Source: Podarcis cretensis
Lineage: Eukaryota
DNA length: 64,000 bases
NCBI GenBank assembly: GCA_951804945.1
Contig: OX638160.1
Location: forward strand, 59,706,001-59,770,000
Direction of reading: 5' to 3'
A program made the position numbers and the translations under genes. The stretch's first letter is position 1. Each line of letters begins with the position of its first letter. This document shows, one piece after another, positions 1 through 12,804 of the stretch. A model generated the notes under the pieces. That model ran no database searches, was not told where the DNA came from, and saw nothing but the letters and a program-made list of their open reading frames with translations.

Positions 1-189
1 CATGGAGCATATTCTGTATAGTAACACAGTAATCCTGTCTGAATTGAATATGCACCCCAGCATATAAACAGCACTCCTATACAGCTGAACTGAGGTGAGG
101 GATAAGCGATCTTTCAAGGAAGCTTACCTGCCATTCCTGACTGTCTTATTAAGGAACTGCAGTGTTCCTGGAAGACAGGTTGATAACTA

Positions 190-302
190 CTGGGCTGAAA
201 GAGTGAAGATCAACCAGTGAGCTTTGTACCTGAGAGGGTTCTTCAGCCTGAGTCTCCCTGCTCTAAGCCTAGCATTCTTTCCACTGTGCTGCACTGGCTG
301 TC
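190..302 (-). mobile_element. Degenerate tRNA-derived SINE 5' fragment (same family as 60713-60948)
   Basis: Reverse complement begins cagccagtgcagcacagtggaaagaatgctagg, resembling the head of the 60713 copy; boundaries approximate. Confidence 0.45.
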
Positions 303-2422
303 ACTGGTTTATGCATACAAAGCCCACCAGAACATTAATTAACTACTCTTCTCTTCTATTGCATTCTCTTTGAAGACAATTAACAATTTATCCCTGCTAG
401 CAATGTGTTAATAATTAATATTTTCTCATCTTTTTCTTGTGACCTAGGCTTTTTTTAAAAAAATCAACCGCCCTCCTAAGTTAATTTCTTGTGCTTTTTC
501 ACCCATGGCTTCAAATGTTTTCCCTGTAGACTTCCTCTGGCTTTCTTGTGAGCCTCTCGTTAGCAAAAGTGAAACCATATTACTTTAAATTCTTCTGTTG
601 CATTTTCTTATCACTTTTCTGGGGGCAGCAGAGATTCTGTATGGCATTCTTGATTTGGAAAAATACCCCACCATGTTTTGCCACAGTGCCATACTTTCCT
701 GTATCCCATGCCATATTGTACTAAAAACTTATTGTATTTTACTCCAGTCCCCTCAAACATCTTTCTACACCTCCACTGTTCCTTTCTATGTACCTGATGA
801 AAGATATTGCTGTATTTTCCTACACTCAGAGGCATATTTTACTGAACTAGATAGCCTCAAACTTAAGATTTTGATAAAGGCAGAGAACACAAGCTATGTT
901 GTCACATGGTGGTATGACTGAATGCCACAGTTACCTGGTAACACCATGATTGTAACACCATTCACAGCAGGTTCAGAATATGGCAGCCAGACTTTTGATC
1001 ATGATTCTTTGATCAGAATCTATCATGCCAGTGTTAAAGATTTTCCAATAACTTCTCTTTTCGGATATAATTCAAAGGGCCACTTTTAACCTATAACACT
1101 CTTAACAACTGAAGGACTGCTCACTCCCATTTGAACCTATTTATCATTTGAGATCATTTTCAAAGACCCTGCCTTGCCAACATCCTCCATCCCGTTATTC
1201 TCCCACATTCTCTTTCCAGTGTTGTCATCTTCAGATCTTTTTTGCCTCCTATCTTTCATTCTTCTAGCGATAACTAAACTCCCTTGATTCAGAATGGTAC
1301 CTGATAGGTTCAGGGCACCTAACTATCTATCTTCGCTTAAGTTGTCATCTGGATTGTGCAGAGAAATCATGACTTATGTGTTATGGCTCCTCCAAAGGTC
1401 ATCTTTGCATCGAAACATAACCCCATTCACTGTAGCATACTGGCTTTCTTCAAATATTGTTTTGCCTCAATTATCCAGTGTCTGCTACTGCCCCAATTCT
1501 CTTATGTGCAACTAGTTGTATTATGGAAGTGTTTTTGTTATCTCCCAGACAAATATAGTTGCTTCCAAGTGATGCCTCCAAACTCCACTGCTGTTAATGG
1601 CTTTACTTCCACAAAATGACCCACTCCATCATTTTGTTATGGACTTTATTCTAGTTTTTTGAATGACTGAGAAAATGTACAGAAAAATATGCTTGCTTTG
1701 CCTTCTGTTTGTTCCATGCTCCACTGATCTGTTTCTGAGAAATTGCCTGACATTTTCAAACAGATTGATATGTGCCACTTGTTGTGGGGAGGGCAGTGAT
1801 TTATGAGCAATCAGAAATGATGCATGGTATATGGTGTATTAATATCATTCGTCATTAGGTTTGACTTAAAATATATATACAGAGGCTGTTAACTGCTTTC
1901 TTGGTTTTCCTTCAATTTATGTGCACCCAAGAAATGCCTTGGGAAAACCAGAGTGTGCTGAACTCATTTTTAACAAAAACATTAGGCCTTCTGGAAGTCA
2001 GTAGCCTTGGTGAACACATTTTTCAGAGCCATTATGATGAGATGAAAATATATCCATATTTTCTCAGGAAATTCTGCTAGCAGTGGATTACAAATAGGAG
2101 TGGAAAGTGCTTGCCTGGAAACTCCTTGGTGGTGTCTTGATCTCCTGAACAGATAGCAAACTGACATTTAGGACATTCTGATTGTTCACTGTGTGAGCTG
2201 GCAGAGCAAGGAGATTTGCAGAGCCCAAGGAGCTCTAGAAACACTGGGTCTAAATCTCTTCCATGTTCCTTGCATGATTTTATTCACCCTTGTAACTCTC
2301 TGACCAGTTTCTGAATGCCTCCTACCCTCCCCATGTTTCTTGGTCCATAAGAAGGCCTTTGTCCATCACGCATGCAGCTACAGGCTTTAGCAACAGTCTT
2401 TAAACTATTTTCATGCAGCTAA

Positions 2423-2585
2423 GGATGCATACATACCATGTATTTGAAGCACATACCCACAAGAATCCTGAGAACTGTAGTTTGTTAAGAATGCCGGCCA
2501 TGGTTGCTCTATGAGGGGCAAACTACAGTTCCCAAGATTCTTGGGGATGAAGGAAATGGGCTTTAAATGTATGGTATATACATTT
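2423..2585. mobile_element. Palindromic MITE-like element
   Basis: Inverted arms catacataccatgtattt / aaatgtatggtatatac and aagaatcctgagaactgtagtt / aactacagttcccaagattctt. Confidence 0.55.
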
Positions 2586-2760
2586 CCCATGGCAATCACT
2601 GAGACTTGTCTCACTGGTTATGTCTGTTGCTTTGAGTGTCTTGATGACAGAGAATACAGTTCTCAAGATTAAAATTAGATAACATTTTTCAAAGAGGTTA
2701 CAAAGGGGGGAAGCTAAAAATTATTAATGATTGAAGTGGATCCCACTCAACTTTCTGCAG

Positions 2761-2930
2761 ATTTTCAAGCCTTTGGTCTGAAGAAAGGCATGTTCTTCAA
2801 TCCAGACCCTTACCTAAAGATTTCAATCCAGCCTGGAAAGCACAGCATCTTCCCAGCTCTTCCTCACCATGGACAGGAGAAGAGATCCAAGATCATGTGT
2901 AACACAGTCAATCCCATCTGGCAAGGAGAG
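2761..2930 (+). CDS. HECW1: HECW1 exon, C2 domain N-terminal part ([20 protein letters not shown]...NPIWQGE)
   Basis: Acceptor ctttctgcag, donor GAG|gtaagc; 170 nt, phase 1 to 0; lies within ORF 2727..2942. Confidence 0.95.
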
Positions 2931-3442
2931 GTAAGCCATTAGCTTTTTTGAAAAATGAAATAAAGCTGCTATGCCCTTGGAGCAAATGTACAAATTTAGC
3001 CAAGGTGCAGACATTTTATAAAAGCTTGGAGGAACAGAGAGGATGTTTGAAGAGAGCCTTTTCTCACAGGTACAATGTAATCTCCACACACGCCCTGCCA
3101 CCTCTGTGTCCCCAACGTCTACAAGTGCCTAAATGAAAAGGTACAGGGTTTAAGCTTACCTGAAGTCATAGCTTCTGACTTGAGAACCTCCCCTAGGAAG
3201 TGGATGCTCCTTGCAATGACTTACAGAGGAAGGGCAAAGCACCATGCATGGGCTCTCAGCCACACTGTGCACCTTCTGCCTGAGCTGTGATAGTCAATGA
3301 AATTTTGAAGCTGTGCCCTGGGAAGCCTAGGCTCACATTAAGTCCTGCTTCAAGCAGTGCCCATCAGAAGAAAAGGGTGTATAAAAATAGAAAAGGTGTA
3401 AAATATTGAGAGGAAATGAGAGTGAAAGAGTATGTGAATCTA

Positions 3443-3680
3443 AGAATCATGGAATCATAAAATCGTAGAATTGTAGAGTTGGAATGGACCCTGACGGTGA
3501 TCTAGTCCAACCCCTCAATGCAGGAATCTCAGCAAGATCATACATGACAGAAGGAGAGGCCACCACCTTCTGAGAGAGTCCCTTCCACTGTTGAATGTCT
3601 CTTACTGTCAGAAAGTTCTTGTTTAATCGGAATCTCCTTTCTTGTAACATCAAGCCGTTGGTTTGGGTCCTTCCGTCAGA
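3443..3680 (-). mobile_element. CR1 LINE 3' end fragment
   Basis: Degenerate (CATAGAAT)n tail on the + strand; minus-strand ORF contains LQERRFRLNKNFLTVR (CR1 ORF2 C-terminus). Confidence 0.85.
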
Positions 3681-4934
3681 CGGATGTGTACAAGAGAGAA
3701 CAAAAAAGATACAGAGAATAAAGAATGGGGAGGGGCTGGGGGGAGGTCGCTGCAATCTTGGGGAAGCAGAAAACTGAATCCATCAAGCCAGGGGCTTGCC
3801 ACCAGGCTTACTCTCTAAGTTGGGCTGCTGGAACTTAGATGAGTAACATGTATGATTTGATATATCCTCCTTGTCCAAATCATCATTTAATGGTTTGCAC
3901 TTGAAATGCAAATTTCCTTAAATTTCAGCCACAACAGTGTAATTTGCTACTAAGACAAATGCTACTTTAGTCCTTTGGTAGACATTGTACTACAAAACTG
4001 TTATTTGTAGGGTTGGTAATTATTAAATAAAGGCACAGCTTGGCATTACAAGAACGTAATTAGAGGGTGGTTGGATGCCATTGTTAGGTGCCAGAAAGTC
4101 TTCGCAGTGTTACTGGAAAAGAAGAGAACAAGCAGCATGAGGGTACAAGAAATTTAGCAAGGAAATGAAAATGTATTTGTATCATTGAAAACTTTTAAAT
4201 TAGCAACTGCTATATTTGGATGGCATCAGAATCCAAGCCCAGAGATTCTGCTGGAGGAGGGTTGCTTTCAAAGTCAGTTTGCATAGGAAGGACCCACCAA
4301 AGGTAGAAACTGTTAGCTACTGAATGAAATTGTTGCAGTAGGTTGAACACAGAGAATATTAAGGACCTACTGAAGTTTCACTTCACTTTGTGGTTTGCAC
4401 TAAACAAGATATAACACTTTTTTTGATAAATTTACTGGATTCGATCCAGACCTACAGCGCAGTCCAAACCTAGCTTCTGTTAGAGTGAGAGAGTTTTGAT
4501 TTGGCAAAACATGGCTTTCTTGGCTGAACTGGGGCTATGCCAGCATAAACCACTGACTCCAGCTGAGCTGGCGATACACTGGCTTAAGTCCTTTCACCCT
4601 GCCTCAGTTGGTGAAACTTGCGCCAGCAGAAGGAAAGGGGAGGGCTTCAGAGTGTGGCAGGGGCAAGATGGGGAAAGGAGAGACAGCTATTCCAAACCAG
4701 CTTGGTCATGTGACCTTGGGTCCAGTCTCCAAAACTAAGACCCATTCATTTGCCATCTCAGCTATCAGTAGCCCCTTCCACTTTCTGAACAGAGTTTGGA
4801 ATAGAAGTAGCTTACAGTAATGTACATTGTGCAGGCCTACATTACACTGTCTCCCTATAGCTAGGTTTGATTGAAATCAGTGGGACAAGTCAGCTAAGTC
4901 TGGATCCAACCTGGACATTTATGGGCAAAATTAT

Positions 4935-5583
4935 GACATGAGCCAACAGTGTGACGCGGCAGCTAAAAAAGCCAATGCAATTCTGGGCTGCATCAATAGG
5001 AGTATAGCATCTAGACCAAGGGAAGTAATAGTGCCACTGTATTCTGCTCTGGTCAGACCTCACCTGGAGTACTGTGTCCAGTTCTGGGCACCACAGTTCA
5101 AGAAGGACACTGACAAACTGGAACGTGTCCAGAGGAGGGCAACCAAAATGGTCAAAGGCCTGGAAACGATGCCTTATGAGGAACGGCTAAAGGAGCTGGG
5201 CATGTTTAGCCTGGAGAAGAGGAGGTTAAGGGGTGATATGATAGCCATGTTCAAATATATAAAAGGATGTCACATAGAGGAGGGAGAAAGGTTGTTTTCT
5301 GCTGCTCCAGAGAAGCGGACACGGAGCAATGGTTCCAAACTACAAGAAAGAAGATTCCACCTAAACATTAGGAGGAACTTCCTGACAGTGAGAGCTGTTT
5401 GACAGTGGAATTTGCTGCCAAGGAGTGTGGTGGAGTCTCCTTCTTTGGAGGTCTTTAAGCAGAGGCTTGACAACCATATGTCAGGAGTACTCTGATGGCG
5501 TTTCCTGCTTGGCAGGGGGTTGGACTCGATGGCCCTTGTGGTCTCTTCCAACTCTATGATTCTATGATTCTATGATTCTATGA
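4935..5583 (+). mobile_element. CR1 LINE, 5'-truncated (ORF2 C-terminus, 3' UTR and (ATTCTATG)n tail)
   Basis: ORF 4938..5402 contains [18 protein letters not shown] and [21 protein letters not shown]; tail ctatgattctatgattctatgattctatg. Confidence 0.95.
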
Positions 5584-6755
5584 AAATGAGACAATTTGTA
5601 AAAGGAAAAGATTTCCAGAAAGTCTCACTCTTGCTTGCCTTTTTTGTGTGTTGTTTGTAGCTGCTTATATTCTCAATCTGGATCCTCTGGGAGTTGGTTT
5701 GTTTGTTTTTACTACCACTGGGTTTTTATCATGGTGATCACAGTGGATCAGGGACCACAAAGGCAACAGGATGGCATCATATTAGCACACAGTGAATCCA
5801 ACTGTGCTCTGAATGATACTGTAAAGCCAAATCAGAGAGAGAGCAGTGTCTCTGCCTTCACTTTGAATGAACATTTTCACATCATTTCACAATATTCACT
5901 GACATGAAGGCAGAGGGAATTGCTTTTGGCAGGGCACAAAATACAGCATTTCACTGAATGTGTTCTGGTTTAAGCTCAGTTCTCACTGTATTTAAATGTT
6001 CAGTTTGCTGATGTCTTGTGGCTGAGAAGCAATCTGCAAATGCCTGAAGGTTTTTCCATTAGTGAGCAACTTCATTCTGCGTACAATTGAGAATTTTCTC
6101 TCAGAAACACGGCGCTGTGCAACAAGCTGGTTGGCTTTAAACAGTATGGAAACCAGGTCACCATTATGACTGCACAGCTCAATTTCTTTTAAACTGAAAG
6201 GCCAGTTGACTGACAAGCTCTGATTTCCCCAGAACTCGTTGCCTATGCAAGAAGTATTCTATATAATGTTGTAAACAAGAGCAGTGTAGTCAGATATGCA
6301 TTTTTAACTATGTTTAACTTGCTATAAAACAGAAAGTTGTACTTTTAATATATGTGTTTATATGTCAACTTCTTCAACACGTAATTTTGGCTGGAGACAG
6401 ATCATTATGTTTAATTGCATGCTATTTTTCCACAAATGAACAACAGTAACTATTAGCAATTCAAAACAATGTATTTGAAACAATCAGTAATGTCAGTAAG
6501 CAAAACGATAATGTCAGTAAGAGAATGGGAAATGGTTTGAGAGAGAGGGAAAGGATTTGCTGAAACAACTAATGAACTAGAATACAAAAAAGGGAGGTGT
6601 GAGGAGGTCAAGGAAACAAGCAAATGATAGATAAGATATGGAAAGATGGATTTGTTCTTAATTGTTTTTTCCCCCCCTGTATTTTGTATTTTCTGTTTTC
6701 CTTTTTCTTTCTTTTTTATTCTTGTAACTTTTTGAAACACCAATAAATATTATTT

Positions 6756-6760
<5 letters not shown>

Positions 6761-6788
<28 letters not shown>
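6761..6788. repeat. (GA)n microsatellite
   Basis: Direct reading. Confidence 0.95.
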
Positions 6789-6791
<3 letters not shown>

Positions 6792-7097
6792 CAGTTATAG
6801 TGTGCATATATATTTCCTTTGCCTAGGGTTGGCCCTGATCAAACTGTTCGATGCAGGGCAGGCTCCACCCAGGCAGAGGAGGAAAGGCTGGCCTTTTCCT
6901 TCAGCTATGTGAAGGAGGACCACTTGGTCTCCTAGCACAAGGTTCTGAGATGTGAGGAGGCAGCATTTGTGGGCATGTGACAAGCATTTAAGCCCTGCCA
7001 GATGGTGGAGGCAGAAAACAATTTCTGCAGTGCCTCCATTTTTATCGAAAATTTCATTGCAGAGGTGAAATTGGGATGGATATGATATCATATGATA

Positions 7098-7573
7098 TGT
7101 ATTTATTTATACCCTGCCTTTTTCCTTGACAGAGACTCAAGGCAGCTTCCTATAGAGGAATAATTTAAAAACAATTAAACATTAATAGAACTAAAACTAT
7201 CTTTAGCTACCTAGCTATATCTATCATCTATATTAAAAATATACAGAGAATTAGTAAAAACAGCACAGCACAAGCCCTTTCATCAAAAGCAGTCAGTTCC
7301 CTGTTGGAACAAGGTCTTCACCTGCTGGTGGAAGAACAACAAGGAGGGAGCCAGTCTGGCTTCTCTGGGGAGGGAGTCCCAGAGTCTGGGAGCAGCCACC
7401 ATTGAGAAGACCCTCTCGCGCATCCCCATCAAGCAGGCCTGTGAGAGTGGCAGGACCAAGAAAAGGACATTCTCTGAAGATTTCAGAGTCTGGGCAAGTT
7501 GGTAAGAGGGAGTATGGTCTTTCAGATAGCTTGGACCTAAGCCGTATAGGGCTTTATAGGTCATAACCAGCAC
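7098..7573 (-). mobile_element. L2-type LINE 3' fragment
   Basis: Minus ORF 7283..7573 contains LVMTYKALYGLGPSYLKD and AAPRLWDSLP, typical of the L2 ORF2 C-terminus; AT-rich tail near 7098. Confidence 0.85.
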
Positions 7574-7612
7574 ATAATATGCAGTGATCCCTCTTCCAAA
7601 TTGCCTTTAGCA

Positions 7613-7613
<1 letters not shown>

Positions 7614-7647
<34 letters not shown>
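7614..7647. repeat. (CT)n microsatellite
   Basis: Direct reading. Confidence 0.95.
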
Positions 7648-7650
<3 letters not shown>

Positions 7651-9424
7651 AAAAGCTGCCTCTTTCTGGCTTCTGGCTTCTTCCCTCTTTGAGTTGGGCA
7701 AGCATAATTCAAGACACAGTGTCCAAACATACATTATTAATAAAGATGCACACTGCAGGGATTTCACAACCATCTGCACAATAAATAGAGATTCAAATAT
7801 ATACAAATAGTATCTATATTTAACTAGCACCAATGATGAACAACATGGAAGTTTTTCAAAGATACACAGAATTCCACAATTACAAGGAATACTTTGAACT
7901 ATGAGAGAATGGTAAAAAGTTTGCTTCAGCAATAAGTCTTCATCGTTCTTCAGGAAAAGTTCTTTGCCAATACACCCATAAAGAAGTCATGATACTGTGG
8001 TGCCAAAAAAAGGTGGGGGGGATTTAAGTTTTTTCAAATATAACAAAAGATCTGTAGAACAGCCTAATAAACAGAACTAGCTAAACCAAGACAGTCCAGG
8101 CAGGGAAGTTCCTTAATGAGGGAGGGATTAGTCTCCCTCCCCGCTCTGAGCACTTTCGCAGGTGCCACCGGTGGCCCTGCAGCAGAGGCTTGGAAGGAAT
8201 TCTTATCTTGTCATATATTAAATAAGAACTTGCCAAACGGTACAGGAGTAACGCTGAGCAACAAGAAAGGGGATCTGTGTCAAAATGAAGTTATAAGAAT
8301 GCCAACTGAGGCAAGGGCTGTTTAAGCAAAAACAGTGACATCAGCTGCAGCCACCCTGCAGTGCAGAAAATCCAAGCCTAAATAAGGACTTCACAGGGGC
8401 AAACATACAAACAAAACCAGAATAATATTAAGTGGCAAATTAAATTGTAATGATAGTATGCAACCTGTATTGTGCCCCGTGCCTGATGCCTTCCCTTCTC
8501 TAGCCAGAAGGAGGAAGAAGAGGAGTGCAGGGGGAGCACACCGCCTCTGGCAGAACCATCCCAGTGGGGTGCCATTGTGGCTGCCCCCCCCCGCCTGTGC
8601 TGGGCGCCACACCCCCCGCCTGCTCTCCGCCTGCCCCCTGCCCCCGGTGCTGGAGCATGAAGCTTGGCCACTGAGGAGGACTCTCATGTTGAAAGTGATG
8701 GTGTAGGATTGGGGGGGGGGATCTTCCCTTCAACGTCCCTACATTTGCTGTACTGCAAAGGAAGAACGGAGAAGGTTGTAGGTATGGAAGGTTCCCCTTT
8801 CCTATCACACACAAACACAAATATAGCTGCCAGAGAAGGCCCCAATCCAGGGAAATAGGCACTTATGCCTGGAGTAAGAGAAAGAACAGGTCCCAGACAA
8901 CCAGCAGACACTGTCTATAGCAAGGTTCTGTACAGCTGAAACCTCCACAAAAACCAGGCCATACCATGTGCTCAAAGGTTTCTGCCTTGGTCTTTAAAGA
9001 GCAAATGCACATAGTTCTCCCCTCCTTCACCCGAAAAATGAATGAAGAGTTTGGAAAGGAGCCAATTTGTAAAACCTGCCTTCCTCCTCTCTCCAAATAG
9101 CTAATTGGCCACCACCAGCTCCATCCCGGGGTCAAACCAACAAGGGGTTTGGCAAATTCACCCTCACGTGTGGGTAGGAGTGGTATTATTAGAACACTGT
9201 TCTTCCTAGGGAACTTGTATGACAAGTACAATTCTTCAGTCTTTTTGAGAAAGTGGTTTCATTCTGAAAGTAAAAACACACTGCAGTTTGTTTCTGCATC
9301 ATCCCACATTGTGTCTATTTGAAAATAGATGAAAACAGACATAGATGGTCCTGGCAATGGATGTTGGGAAGGGTATATCCTCACCTGCACAATGATGTTG
9401 TGAGTGGGTGTATACCAAGATTAC

Positions 9425-9788
9425 AGGGATGCGGGTGGCACTGTGGTCTAAAGCACTGAGCCTCTTGGGCTTGCCAGTCAGAAGGTCAGTGGTTCGAATC
9501 CAGCTCCCGTTGCTTTGTCCCAGCTCCTGCCAACCTAGCAGTTCAAAAGCACGTCAAAGTGCAAGTAGATAAATAGGTACCGCTGTGGTGGGAAGGTAAA
9601 CAGTGCTTTTGTGTGCTCTGGTTTCCATCACGGTGTTCTGTTACACCAGAAGCGGTTTACTCATGCTGGCCACATGACCCAAAAAGCTGTCTGTGGACAA
9701 ATGCTGGCTCCCTCGGCCTTAAAGTGCCGCTACCCCATATTCACCTTTGACTGGACTTAAACCATCCAGGGGTCCTTTACCTTTTACC
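9425..9788 (+). mobile_element. Sauria SINE (Squam1-type), older copy
   Basis: Head gggatgcgggtggcactgtgg, box B ggttcgaatcc, core gtgcaagtagataaataggtacc, tail cctttacctttt. Confidence 0.9.
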
Positions 9789-10813
9789 AAGATCACCACT
9801 TCCTTCTTCATTCACCTGGGTCATGTGCAGGGAGGAAAGGACATGGATAATCTGATCAAGGGAAGGGTTTTAAACTGCATATCAAATATGCAAAATCAGT
9901 TGTGGCCAGCAGAATCAAGAACTGATCTAGATTGAAAGCAACATATTGAGAATGAGCGTGAATAATTTTGGATTGAGAAAAGCTACATTTTTTGTGTGCT
10001 GCAAATGGGCCACAAAATGTGGCCACACCACAAAATTGTTACTGGTGAGCTCTAGTGGTAGTTCATAATAGAGATTTTGCGTGTATTTAAGAAACCTTTG
10101 TCAGCGCCTGTTGGATTCTGGGTTTTCTATGCCTTCAAAAGATCTAGAAGCTTGTGTGGTTTGAAAAAATGGCAACTAAAGATTATAAGAATGTCAAGCT
10201 GAACTGCTAAAATGTTGTTACAGATTACAGAATGACTTCTTCAGATAATGACAGCCATTCTTATTTTCTTTAGTAACTATATTAGTTTCCCTGAGCTGGC
10301 TTCTGTTACTCAATTTATTTCCTTCTCATTGAGTTTTATACCTTTGGGGAATGGGCCCATGGGAGCGTCAAAAATTGGCTGGTGCATCTAGTGTGCTTAA
10401 GTTTAAGGTCCTATCTATTACATGAGATGCACCGCGAGGGCCTGAAAAATTATTCTTTGTTGAAGGGCAGCTGAGCATTTTATACTGCCCAGATTTTGAT
10501 GTCTCTGTGTACCATCGGGTAATCTGTATAGTTGCACTTGACCACTCTTGATTTCCTTTCTGTTTTGTCAACAGCCATTCCATTATGCTCCTGAGGCAGA
10601 AGGGTGTGTGTGTGTGTGTGGTCCTTTGAAGGTTGGATGCAAGTTTAGAATTGAGCATGTGGAAATAAAATGTGTGTTCAGTGGAAAGTATAGTAAATTG
10701 GTAGTGGGTCCCCTCTTCAGGCATGGGTATATTTAGGTGCCTGGTAATCCAGCCTCTGACACTGACCCATGGGTCTGGGTCTGAATGGGAAAATGATAAA
10801 ATAAGCATCAACT

Positions 10814-10814
<1 letters not shown>

Positions 10815-10857
<43 letters not shown>

Positions 10858-10858
10858 A
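10815..10858. repeat. (TAAA)n microsatellite
   Basis: Direct reading. Confidence 0.95.
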
Positions 10859-11122
10859 ATAACAACAACAAAAAAAAAATATGTTTGCTGTGAAACTTGC
10901 AATCTTCTCTTGCAGCAGTCAGGGGAAATAAGGCTTCCAGAAATCTATATCTAACTTTTCTTACAGGATTTTGTTCATCAGGACCTCATTAAGCAATGTT
11001 TGGCTACAAACAGCTGTATAAAATTACAAAAGCCACCCTTTTATAATCAGTTGTACATGAAGAACTATTGTTTGCAGGGCTGAAGCTTCTAAATATTCAA
11101 TGCTATTTAATCCTTAGTTTTA

Positions 11123-11484
11123 AAGGTAAAGGTAAAGGTACCCCTGCCCGTACGGGCCAGTCTTGCCAGACTCTAGGGTTGTGCGCTCATCTCACTCTAT
11201 AGGCCGGGAGCCAGCGCTGTCCGCAGACACTTCCGGGTCACGTGGCCAGCGTGACAAGCTGCATCTGGCGAGCCAGCGCAGCACACTGAACGCCGTTTAC
11301 CTTCCCGCTGGTAAGCGGTCCCTATTTATCTACTTGCACCCGGGGGTGCTTTCGAACTGCTAGGTTGGCAGGCACTGGGACCGAACGACGGGAGCGCACC
11401 CCGCCGCGGGGATTCAAACTGCCGACCATGCGATTGGCAAGTCCTAGGTGCTGAGGCTTTAACCCACAGCCCCACCCGCGTCCC
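11123..11484 (-). mobile_element. Sauria SINE, full length, with 15-bp TSD
   Basis: TSD TAATCCTTAGTTTTA at 11108-11122 and 11485-11499; (AAAGGT)n tail on the + strand. Confidence 0.95.
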
Positions 11485-11637
11485 TAATCCTTAGTTTTAG
11501 TAGCCTCCAATATCTGTTTAAGCCAGAAAATACCCATTTGTTGCAATGCTTTATTTTATATCAGCCCTTACCACAGTGGTGAATGGATGTTGCTAGCCTT
11601 AAATACCTTTACTGTCAATAGCTTCCAGTGTAGCATT

Positions 11638-11903
11638 TGTTATGTAGTGAAGTTTCACCCTGGGCCAGCAGGGGGATACTGTATATAGTTTTCACTCAGG
11701 TCTGTAGATAGTTTTCCCTCAGGTCCACGTCAGTTATTTTAGGCGGGAACTCTGGGCTGTTGTTGTTACAATGTTGACAGCCGGCTGCCTATAAAAGCAG
11801 GCCGGCTGAGCTGTTTGCAGGCAGTTCTATTCCAGCTTACAAGAATAAAGAGCTACTTGGAGAAATCGCTGTGTCGTCTGCTATGTTAACCCACAACTTA
11901 ACA
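11638..11903 (+). mobile_element. Solo LTR (266 bp) with 5-bp TSD GCATT
   Basis: TGTTA...TAACA ends, TATAAAA, AATAAA; GCATT at 11633-11637 and 11904-11908; related to 51923-52186. Confidence 0.85.
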
Positions 11904-12426
11904 GCATTTAATCTGTGAAATAATAACAACTGTAAAGGAGTTGCTTAGAGGAATGGGAGACCCTTTATTTACTGAAGAAGCATTGCCATCACGCTGAAAG
12001 TGACTATAAATAAAGCAAGCAAATAGCTGTTAGACAAGCTTTTAAAAGGGCAAGATTTTCAGGAGTCTCTGAACAAGCTGAAACAGATTTTGCAAAAAAA
12101 GAAAAATAGGGTCACAATTATGGGAACGATCTGGGCTTTTTGGCACTACTGTGCCCATGGAGGGGTTCACCATAGAACCCCAGTGGGTTCCTGTCATTCT
12201 TTAAGGCACACAGGCATGGGCAACAGTGAACAAGGGAAAGTCAATGTACATGTGTCCTGCGAAGATATAACCTCCCCTCTCTTCCCCAGAACCCTATTCC
12301 TCAAGTTACTGCTGTTCCAGGATGGAGTAACTTGCAAACTAGGAACCATGACTATCAAATGCACAGAGGAGGGTGAGATGCTCTAGTTGGTGGCTTCTGC
12401 ACCTCCAGCAAACAAGAACCTAATTC

Positions 12427-12795
12427 TGAAATATACTCAGAGTCGCAAAGTGATTTCATGCTCTTTATTCAGCTCATAGTGGTGAGGAGGAATGAATGAA
12501 TGTCCCCTCAAAGTATCTGCTTTATATACATTATTTACACAATGGGCTGCACATGATTGGCTAATTCCGGAATTCTACTGTAAGCCAATCAGGTTGTGGA
12601 TTCACTTCTATCTGGAGCATGATTGGGTGATCCTGCCAACCAATCATACTGCTGCATTGTTCTAGGACCAATCAGACTGCTGCATTCTGAATCCTATTGT
12701 TCTAGGACCAATCAGACTGCTGCCTTTTGGATCCTATTGTTCTAGGACCAATCAGACTGCTGCAGTTTGGATCCTATTCAACTCAGTACATAACA
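12427..12795 (-). mobile_element. Solo LTR (369 bp) with 5-bp TSD AATTC and internal CCAAT-containing tandem repeats
   Basis: Minus strand starts TGTTATGTACTGA and ends TTTCA; TATATAAA and AATAAA on the minus strand; AATTC at 12422-12426 and 12796-12800. Confidence 0.85.
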
Positions 12796-12804
12796 AATTC
12801 CAAA

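Noticed and set aside
4938-5402. 154-aa ORF as an independent gene
   Set aside because: It is the C-terminal part of CR1 ORF2 in a 5'-truncated copy followed by the CR1 tail.
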